From an uncultured Eubacteriales bacterium (GTDB lineage Bacteria > Bacillota > Clostridia > Oscillospirales > CAG-272), in contig CAJLXA010000003.1 in the NCBI GenBank assembly GCA_905210485.1, positions 6,152 through 70,151 of the forward strand: a stretch of 64,000 nt of DNA, given 5' to 3'. Positions 55,101 through 61,428 of this stretch are shown here, piece after piece; positions within the stretch are counted from its first letter, which is position 1; each line of letters starts with the position of its first letter. Under the pieces are notes generated by a model. It searched no databases and was not told the DNA's origin. It saw only the letters and a program-made list of their open reading frames with translations. The translations under genes were made by a program, and so were the position numbers.

Positions 55101-56537
55101 GCCAATACCACGATTCTGAAAGACGACCTTCTTCTTAACACGTACTATTCCATTCGTTACGATATCTGGGTCGACGACCTTGCCCGTCAGTATCACACGC
55201 TGAACAGTGCCATCGGTTCGCTTCAGACGTATCTCATTCAAAACGAGATTTCCGTTATTGCGGAACGTATTCCCGACAGCGCGGAACTTACCCGGTACCG
55301 CAAACTCCTGACTGACAATGCGGTTCTGGCATTGCAGACGGCCATTACCGACGCAAGAGACAATGCATACCGTGACATGCGCTTCCAGAACACCATGAAG
55401 GTTCTTTTTGAAAACAAGGATCTGATCGGTAATGCACAGAATCTGTACGCTGAAAAACTGGCGGCTGCCAAACTGCTGTATGACGCCATCAACGACGAAA
55501 CGCTGGACAGTGAAAACGGCGGAACGTGGAAACAACTTCGCGACGATGTAGCCGCATATCAGAGCGCGGTGGACGAAGCCGGCGATAATGCAACAGCCGA
55601 GCAACTGTTACGGCTTGAAGCCGCTAAACTGCGTCTCTCCTACAACATTGATCTTGCTACTCAGGCATATAGCGCCTACAATACCGATACGGCAAACGGC
55701 GTTTACAATGAAGAGTTGCTGATCGGTGCGGCAGAAGAAATCGTAACGTCTTCGTGGGGAACTCTTTCCGATTCGGAAAAAGCGCTCCTCAAGAATATGT
55801 ACGACGTCTATAAGGCGGGCGGCACATGGGCGAACCAGATCGGCAAAACGGTGACGGTTTCCGTCGACCGCAATGCGGTTCTGAACAGCGTGAAGGCCGC
55901 TTATGACGCACAGACCAAATATTTCACCGAGGCCGCTCTTCTTGATTTCCACACGGCATTGGCCGGTGCGATTGATGAAGCCATCGCGAGCTATTATGCC
56001 GAATTCGTAAACGCTTATATCGAAACCCTGACGTATACGTCGCAGAACGGTCAACCGGTTTATGAAACGTTGACGACATATGAATATGCCGCGCTTCGCG
56101 ACGCTCTTGTACGTTTCTATGTGGCGAAGACCGAAGAAGCAACGCAGGCAAATGTCGAAGCGTTTGTTAAGAACTTCCTGAATAATGCCAACGGCAACAG
56201 CGAAGAACTGACAAATGTTCAGAAGTCGATTATCCGTGATACAATCGCATATCTTACCGGCGCAGGTTTTGCCGGCGATAAAGTGGTGGATCTTACCGCC
56301 ATCGAAGTAACGCCGGACATCATCTTCACCGAAGAAGACGCGACCGACGCCGAATATGTCGGCACACCGTATACCGTGAATGACGATTCGGTAGTGATGG
56401 TGATCTACGAAAGCGCCGATAAAACGCAGCGCAAAGGATTTATCCTGAACTATAACGTATTTGATGTGACGGTTCGTTATAACGGTACGGTCTACACTAT
56501 TTCGTCCTACGGTTTTGCAACCGTGAATCTTGATTAA
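52197..56537 (+). CDS. 1446-aa N-terminally anchored extracytoplasmic protein, DUF5696-like (uncharacterised)
   Basis: AGGAGTG lies upstream of ATG 52197. Signal/anchor MKMKNILSMLLAVVMVFACVSGLFGTVSVKA. I recognise no characterised catalytic motif. Conserved-looking blocks are GYAFYPDGSGALLEF, LTGFANGGM, IYPEFEF and IPFIGMVLHGYVNYAGG. The DUF5696 label comes from memory of similar neighbourhoods and is not verified. Confidence 0.5.
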   Translation: MKMKNILSMLLAVVMVFACVSGLFGTVSVKAADDTDDGEEDLKPYEVAAAAALQNAYTSISEKVRRENTAGYTRLVATSADGSYELHANVYTGEVYYKNTKTGQFLSTNPASLSSVATAQKPLALSQLSVKYMDLTGTTATMVSFTEAAQRGQVTIKQIRNGIRVEYTIGRTDTNYLLPGWITEDRFESLILTPICNYILQIISDEAYEDVDIEVLQNKYAEYVAEYEENPKLHAESYADQYALLSVGDEYGVDLTDSTYSKAANIAYFQYMRIRATYALQDPNDLADGSDAKIELLAKYKICSQVDKDTGKFYVIYTVDDTLPDKSKKLYESYIKTYCAETYTYDDKAYDTEETGYVSTDEAPAFFRMALEYSIADDGTLSVRLPANSIRYDSTNFTLLSVDVLPFFGAGNVNDEGYAFYPDGSGALLEFSDLRSQVSAGSLTNRVYGEDYVYYKISAKHQESIRMPVYGIVDTSKRTTQITELDYDRVTGEIIETKKDIVTSETTGFVAYLTEGEALASLTVAFGGSSAHNYTSIYPTYTPTPTDSYKLVDAISVSTDATEWTVASKKKYTDNFTIQIQMLSDTAKATEAGITNYYEASWIGMAQAYRDFIWKGKNSFTSADVSDSLPLYIESFGTVKATDKILSIPVTVDKALTTFDDVITMYKELSAYKTDCEAKAAEYVQKAAAARNENNIILAEEYEKTAAEYAEKAAASSDMSNIKFKLTGFANGGMTATYPNKVKWMKSVGGARGFEKLLNYAANDTNGKLGIYPEFEFSYVANKKSFDGISLKADAARSVDNRYASQAVYDCVYQTFTTYFHVLMSPDAIAKHYAKFTKSYSKNKGVTGISASSLGSDLNSSFSEDNPQNREDSKSILSDVLADMKEEYGSVMISGGNAYTLKFADHIIDIPLDSSNYKYSSRTIPFIGMVLHGYVNYAGGATNEAGDSKYQLLRSIENGASLYYILSYANTTILKDDLLLNTYYSIRYDIWVDDLARQYHTLNSAIGSLQTYLIQNEISVIAERIPDSAELTRYRKLLTDNAVLALQTAITDARDNAYRDMRFQNTMKVLFENKDLIGNAQNLYAEKLAAAKLLYDAINDETLDSENGGTWKQLRDDVAAYQSAVDEAGDNATAEQLLRLEAAKLRLSYNIDLATQAYSAYNTDTANGVYNEELLIGAAEEIVTSSWGTLSDSEKALLKNMYDVYKAGGTWANQIGKTVTVSVDRNAVLNSVKAAYDAQTKYFTEAALLDFHTALAGAIDEAIASYYAEFVNAYIETLTYTSQNGQPVYETLTTYEYAALRDALVRFYVAKTEEATQANVEAFVKNFLNNANGNSEELTNVQKSIIRDTIAYLTGAGFAGDKVVDLTAIEVTPDIIFTEEDATDAEYVGTPYTVNDDSVVMVIYESADKTQRKGFILNYNVFDVTVRYNGTVYTISSYGFATVNLD

Positions 56538-56553
56538 AGGAGGGAACTGAATA

Positions 56554-57522
56554 ATGAAAAATACAACTATGGCTATTCCTTCCGTCAAGAAGCATAAGAA
56601 GGCCTCGCTCGACGCGCGCAAAGCGCGCGCGGGCTGGTTCTTCGTCCTGCCTTTCGTAATCGGTCTTGTTCTGATTTATCTGCCGATCGTTATCGACTCG
56701 ATCTGGTTCAGTTTTAACACAATCAAACCGATTCCGGTGCGTGAAGGCGGCGGTTATCAGCTGGTTTTTGAAGGTTGGAACTTCTATCGCTCCGCTTTGG
56801 TCGGCGATATGTCCACAACGTATCTGCAAAAACTTCTTTCCGGTATTCAGCAACTGGTTCTGGATGTTCCCGCGATCGTCATTTTCTCTCTCTTCATCGC
56901 GGTTATTCTGAATCAGAAGATGGTCGGACGCGCCGCATTCCGCGCAATCTTCTTCATACCGGTTATTATCGCTACCGGCCTTATGGAAACGATCAATGCC
57001 GCGGATACGCTGGCATCTTCCATGGAGAACGGTACGTCGATGGGTGAAGAGACCAGTGCGACAACGCAGATCATCTCCACAATGGACGTGGAACGCTTGT
57101 TTGAAAACATGAAAGTCGGTAAAGAACTGGTTATATACATCACGAACCTTGTTAACAGTATTTATAATATCGTTAACCGTTCGGGCGTACAGATGCTGAT
57201 CTTCCTTGCCGGTCTTCAGTCCATTTCCCCCGCGATTTACGAAGCCTGTGAAATTGAAGGCGCGACCGCATGGGAAACTTTCTGGAAGATTACTTTCCCG
57301 ATGATAAGTCCGATGATACTTGTCAACGCTATTTACACGATTATCGACTCTTTCACAACCAACACGAACGTTGTTATGTCGTACATTTCCTCTGAAGTAT
57401 ACAACAGCAGTCAGGGTGTGGCGACAGCAATGTCATGGATATACTTCGTTGTCATAATGGCCATTATCGGTCTTGTGACGCTGATATGTTCCAGTTTCGT
57501 GTTCTACCAGAAACGTAATTAA
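56554..57522 (+). CDS. ABC sugar-type permease (MalF-like), pair 2
   Basis: 322 aa. EAA loop IYEACEIEGATAWETFWKITFP. An extracytoplasmic insert is present (NAADTLASSMENGTSMGEETSATTQ...). Confidence 0.85.
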   Translation: MKNTTMAIPSVKKHKKASLDARKARAGWFFVLPFVIGLVLIYLPIVIDSIWFSFNTIKPIPVREGGGYQLVFEGWNFYRSALVGDMSTTYLQKLLSGIQQLVLDVPAIVIFSLFIAVILNQKMVGRAAFRAIFFIPVIIATGLMETINAADTLASSMENGTSMGEETSATTQIISTMDVERLFENMKVGKELVIYITNLVNSIYNIVNRSGVQMLIFLAGLQSISPAIYEACEIEGATAWETFWKITFPMISPMILVNAIYTIIDSFTTNTNVVMSYISSEVYNSSQGVATAMSWIYFVVIMAIIGLVTLICSSFVFYQKRN

Positions 57523-57535
57523 GGAGGCGGAAAAG

Positions 57536-58624
57536 ATGGATGCACAAAAAATGAAAGCTCCGAAAAAAGTCTATAATAAAGACGGCTACATCGTTTCCTT
57601 TGAAGATAAGGTTCCGTTCTGGGAAAGACTGAAGGGAAAAGTATTCTCCACATACTTCCTTACCAACGTTGTCTGGTACATTTTCCGTCTTGTACTGATG
57701 ATCGGTATTTCTTTCGTGATTCTGTACCCGTTTATCTCCAAGATCGCGGGTTCGTTCATGGCTCCCGAAGATTTCAAAGACGCGACGGTCAATATCATTC
57801 CGAAGCACTTCACGATCGGTACGTATAAGGCTATCTTCCTTGAGAATCATTATATGTCCGCCTTTGTCAACACTTTGCTTCTGTCGTTACTCTGCGCATT
57901 GCTGCAAACGTTTATTTGCTGTCTTGTCGGGTACGGCCTTGCCAAGTTCAAATTCAAAGGTAACAAACTGATTCTTCTCATGGTCGTTCTGACCATGATT
58001 ATCCCGCACGGAACGCTCCGCCTTTCCATGTTCCTGCATTTTGAATATTTCAACCCCGGCAGTATTTCCGGCTGGAATGTTCCCGGTATCCTGACGCCGT
58101 TTATCTGGTTTATCAATCTCTTCCGTTCGACACCGTTGACGGGCGTGTCTCTGACGGATACCTATTGGCCGCTGATTCTTCTTTCGCTGTTCGGTCTCGG
58201 CTTCAAGAACGGTCTTTACATCTTCATGATGCGGCAGTTCTTCCATGGCGTGCCCGATGAACTTGAGGAATCTGCGTACGTGGACGGTTCCACGACGATG
58301 CGTACGTTTTTCCAGATCATCATTCCGCTTTCGATACCGATGATGATCACGATCTTCCTGTTCGCGTTTTCGTGGCAGTGGACGGATAACTTCTACACGG
58401 AACTGTTCTTCATTTCGGGCAGTGACATCATTCTGATGCCTGACCTTTTGGAATCGGTTCCGCCGACCCTGTTGGCAAACAAACCGTTTACCGACTGGTC
58501 GCTGTATGAAACGGCCATTCGCAATACGTGCGGTCTTATGATCATTCTGCCGCTTGTCATTCTCTATCTCTTCTGCCAGAAGTACCTGGTGCAGGGTATT
58601 GAACGCAGCGGTATCGTAGGCTGA
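57536..58624 (+). CDS. ABC sugar-type permease (MalG-like), pair 2
   Basis: 362 aa. EAA loop LEESAYVDGSTTMRTFFQIIIP. It has a 50-aa cytoplasmic N-terminal extension. Confidence 0.85.
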   Translation: MDAQKMKAPKKVYNKDGYIVSFEDKVPFWERLKGKVFSTYFLTNVVWYIFRLVLMIGISFVILYPFISKIAGSFMAPEDFKDATVNIIPKHFTIGTYKAIFLENHYMSAFVNTLLLSLLCALLQTFICCLVGYGLAKFKFKGNKLILLMVVLTMIIPHGTLRLSMFLHFEYFNPGSISGWNVPGILTPFIWFINLFRSTPLTGVSLTDTYWPLILLSLFGLGFKNGLYIFMMRQFFHGVPDELEESAYVDGSTTMRTFFQIIIPLSIPMMITIFLFAFSWQWTDNFYTELFFISGSDIILMPDLLESVPPTLLANKPFTDWSLYETAIRNTCGLMIILPLVILYLFCQKYLVQGIERSGIVG

Positions 58625-58651
58625 CCTTTTGTAAAGGATCGTCTACTCCAC

Positions 58652-58688
58652 AAAAACACCGAAGAACTTTTGGTCTTCGGTGTTTTTC
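58652..58688 (+). terminator. Rho-independent terminator closing the 7-gene cluster
   Basis: 10-bp stem ACACCGAAGA/TCTTCGGTGT with an A-run before it and a T-run after it. Confidence 0.8.
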
Positions 58689-58713
58689 TTCTACGCCTAA
58701 AGACGGCAATAAG

Positions 58714-58756
58714 AAAAGCGCCCGCAAATTCGGATGAATCCGATGCGGACGCTTTT
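58714..58756. terminator. Long compound hairpin terminator (serves yajC)
   Basis: AAAAGCG-CCGCA...TTCGGA-TGAA-TCCGA...TGCGG-CGCTTTT forms a nested stem with A/T flanks. Confidence 0.65.
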
Positions 58757-58778
58757 TGTGTACAACACGAACAGGGAA

Positions 58779-59201
58779 TTACTGTGCGTCGGTCGGCGTG
58801 GTGCTGTCGGCTTCGGCGGTTGTGTCGGCCGGTGCAACGGGTTCCACGTCGTTCGCTTTAACGGCTTCTTTTCCTGCGGGAACTTCGCCGTTTGCTTTAA
58901 CATCAACGTTGCGGATCGCGTTTTTCAGGAAACGGATCTTGGTCTTGTCCTTACTGGTAACGATGGTTACGGTTTCGCCCTTGATACTGACGATCTGACC
59001 GATGATGCCACCGATCGTGGTGACTTCATCGCCTACAGCCAGATTATCACGCATGGCGGAAGCCTCGCGCTCCTGTTTTTTCTGCGGTCTGATGATGAAG
59101 AAATAGAACACCACCACCACAAGAACGAGGATACCGAGCGTCATGACACTGCTCCACGGACTGGCGGTCGCTTCGTCGGCAAACAAAAATAAATTCTGCA
59201 T
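58779..59201 (-). CDS. yajC: Preprotein translocase subunit YajC with an acidic/Ala-rich C-terminal extension
   Basis: TM segment plus FFIIRPQKKQ...GDEVTTIGGIIGQIVSI core. About 45 extra C-terminal residues follow. Confidence 0.85.
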   Translation of the reverse strand: MQNLFLFADEATASPWSSVMTLGILVLVVVVFYFFIIRPQKKQEREASAMRDNLAVGDEVTTIGGIIGQIVSIKGETVTIVTSKDKTKIRFLKNAIRNVDVKANGEVPAGKEAVKANDVEPVAPADTTAEADSTTPTDAQ

Positions 59202-59310
59202 TTTGTGTACTCCTTAATTTTATATGTACCTATTCTATCATATATATCTTGTTTTTTCAAGAGTATTCACAAAACAATTCGGAAAAATTTCAGAAAATTT
59301 AAAATACCTA

Positions 59311-59340
59311 TTGACAAAACGTGACGAAACGTGGTATAAT
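59311..59340 (+). promoter_or_regulatory. Sigma-A-type promoter (extended -10)
   Basis: TTGACA (59311-59316), 18-nt spacer, TGgTATAAT (59332-59340). Confidence 0.6.
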
Positions 59341-59360
59341 ACGCAAGGTTAGACAAATAG

Positions 59361-59461
59361 ATCTTTAAGTCACGGTACAGAGATGCCGGCAAGATTTATA
59401 CATAGGGTGTCCTTTACGGGAGTATGTTGGGATTTTGCCGCACGCGCAAAATCCTTTTTTT
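59361..59461 (+). promoter_or_regulatory. PyrR-type transcription attenuator (binding hairpin + intrinsic terminator)
   Basis: Hairpin AUCUU-UAAGUCA-CGG-UACAGAGAUG-CCG-GC-AAGAU (59361-59395) has a CAGAGA-containing loop resembling the PyrR binding loop. Terminator GGATTTTGC/GCAAAATCC (59430-59454) is followed by a run of 7 T. The element lies directly upstream of a uracil-permease-like gene. Confidence 0.55.
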
Positions 59462-59522
59462 ATGCCTGCGGCTTCCGATATCTGTTTGCCAACTGAAAAA
59501 TTTATATTCGGAGGATATCCAA

Positions 59523-61004
59523 ATGGAACTCGTCTACAAAGTAGAAGACGTACCGAAGCTGAGAAAGCTGATCGTCTTCGCCCTTCAGCAGCTGCTTGCC
59601 ATCATGGCCGCCACGATCGCGGTACCGGCCATCATCAACAGCTCCTATCCCCAGATGCATATGACCGCGTCGGCCGCGCTGTTTGGTGCCGGTTGCGGTA
59701 CGATCGTCTACTTACTCTTCACGAAGTTCAGAAGCCCCGTATTCCTCGGTTCGTCCTTTGCATTCCTCGGCTCCATGGCCGCCGCCTGCGCGGGCGCCGT
59801 TTCGGTATCGGTAGGCTACCTCGGATTCATTATCGGCGCTGTCTTTGCCGGCCTTGTCTATGTAGGCATCGCACTGGTCATTAAGTTCTGCGGCGTTAAA
59901 TGGATTGACAAGCTGATGCCCGCCGTGGTTATCGGCCCGACGGTTTCCATTATCGGTCTTTCTCTTGCCGGCAACGCCATCGGCGACCTTGTTTCCGGCA
60001 GTTATAAAGTCGGCTCCACCGGCTATGAAATCGTCACCAATGCGCAGGGAATTCCTACCGGCATTGAAGCTGTGACGAACTATGTTCCCACCGCCAACAC
60101 TTTCCTCTGCCTCCTTTGCGGACTTGTGACGCTGTTCACGGTTATTCTTTGCTCGGTCTTCGGCAAAAAAATGATGAAACTGATCCCGTTCGTCATCGGT
60201 ATCGCCGCCGGTTATGTGCTGGCCGCTATCTTCTCGATCATCGGTATCGTCGCCGATATTCCCGCACTGCACATCATCAACTTTGAACCGCTGACCTCGC
60301 TCTTCACCGACTTCAGCTTCACCTCGATCCTGAATTACCCCGACTGGTCTTTCCTTGAAGCTTTCAAGGGCGGATTCGACTTCGGTGAATTCGGTTCCTT
60401 CGGCGTCTACCTCGGCACCGTGGCGGTCGCTTATATTCCGGTTGCATTCGTAGTCTTCGCAGAACATATCGCTGACCACAAGAACCTCTCTTCGGTTATC
60501 GGTAAAGATCTTCTTGCCGATCCCGGTCTGGACAAAACTCTTCTCGGCGACGGCGTCGGTTCCATGGTCGGTGCGTTCTTCGGCGGTTGCCCGAACACCA
60601 CCTACGGTGAATCGGTCGGTTGCGTAGCCATTACGAGAAACGCTTCCGTAGCCACGATTCTCGGAGCCTCCGTCATGGCCATTGCCATCTCCTTTGTAAG
60701 TCCTTTCGTCGGACTTCTGGCTACCATTCCCGCCTGCGTCATGGGCGGCGTCTGCATGGCTCTGTACGGATTCATCGCGGTATCCGGTCTGAAGATGATT
60801 CAGAAGGTCGACCTCGATGACAGCAAGAACCTGTTTACCGTATCCGCTATTCTGATCGCAGGTATCGGTTCGCTTACGCTGACGATCGGCAAGGTCACTC
60901 TGACCTCCATCGCCTGCGCACTGATCCTCGGTATCTTCATCAACGTTACGCTGAACGCTATTGAAAAGAAAAAAGGCAACAAGAACGATAGCGGTGAAAA
61001 TTGA
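59523..61004 (+). CDS. pyrP: NCS2-family nucleobase (uracil/xanthine) permease
   Basis: 493 aa from ATG 59523, with GGAGGA 7 nt upstream. About 13-14 TM segments. NCS2-like segments are LGDGVGSMVGAFFGGCPNTTYGESVG. The uracil assignment comes from the upstream attenuator. Confidence 0.75.
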   Translation: MELVYKVEDVPKLRKLIVFALQQLLAIMAATIAVPAIINSSYPQMHMTASAALFGAGCGTIVYLLFTKFRSPVFLGSSFAFLGSMAAACAGAVSVSVGYLGFIIGAVFAGLVYVGIALVIKFCGVKWIDKLMPAVVIGPTVSIIGLSLAGNAIGDLVSGSYKVGSTGYEIVTNAQGIPTGIEAVTNYVPTANTFLCLLCGLVTLFTVILCSVFGKKMMKLIPFVIGIAAGYVLAAIFSIIGIVADIPALHIINFEPLTSLFTDFSFTSILNYPDWSFLEAFKGGFDFGEFGSFGVYLGTVAVAYIPVAFVVFAEHIADHKNLSSVIGKDLLADPGLDKTLLGDGVGSMVGAFFGGCPNTTYGESVGCVAITRNASVATILGASVMAIAISFVSPFVGLLATIPACVMGGVCMALYGFIAVSGLKMIQKVDLDDSKNLFTVSAILIAGIGSLTLTIGKVTLTSIACALILGIFINVTLNAIEKKKGNKNDSGEN

Positions 61005-61036
61005 TAAGCCGTCACACGGACTGCTTATTTCCCGGG

Positions 61037-61080
61037 AAAAATCGAAGGACGCTTCGGCGTCTTTCGATTTTTCTTTTTTT
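61037..61080 (+). terminator. Rho-independent terminator after pyrP
   Basis: ATCGAAGGACGC-TTCG-GCGTCTTTCGAT stem followed by a long T-rich run. Confidence 0.8.
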
Positions 61081-61090
61081 CGGAAAACTA

Positions 61091-61119
61091 TTGCATTTTA
61101 CGACTTCATATGCTATAAT
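61091..61119 (+). promoter_or_regulatory. Sigma-A-type promoter
   Basis: TTGCAT (61091-61096), 17-nt spacer, TATAAT (61114-61119). Confidence 0.6.
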
Positions 61120-61176
61120 AACGCATTGGTATGAAAAGTATAACAAGTATGACTTGTGTGAAAACGGAGGTGCTGT

Positions 61177-61428
61177 ATGCCGCCAAAAGGGAAACAGGTT
61201 CTCGGCATGCCGAAAGGAAAGCATTTCTTCGGTACGGCTAAGGTTGGCGAAAAGGGGCAGATCGTGATTCCGAAAGAGGCAAGAGACGTATTTTCCATTG
61301 CTCCGGGAGATACGCTTCTGATTTTCGGAGATGAGGAGAGCGGTATACTGGTTACCAGAACCGATGTGCTCAGCGATCTTGCTACGGACATTCTGAACAA
61401 ATCGAAGAGAAACGGAGAAGAGAAATGA
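61177..61428 (+). CDS. AbrB/MazE/SpoVT-family DNA-binding domain protein
   Basis: 83 aa. GTAKVGEKGQIVIPKEARDVFSIAPGDTLLIFGDE fits the swapped-hairpin barrel pattern. GGAGGTG lies upstream. The stop overlaps the next start (ATGA). Confidence 0.75.
   Translation: MPPKGKQVLGMPKGKHFFGTAKVGEKGQIVIPKEARDVFSIAPGDTLLIFGDEESGILVTRTDVLSDLATDILNKSKRNGEEK

Noticed and set aside
53271-55604. 777-aa minus-strand ORF, with neighbours 55608-56621, 50549-52018 and 46642-48105, antisense to the ABC-cluster genes
   Set aside because: This is the same codon-register shadow effect, which I checked for 53271 versus 52197 and for 46642 versus 44716. The translations are Arg/Phe/Val/Gly-rich nonsense typical of complement frames. 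This is a genome-wide codon-bias artefact, not overlapping genes.
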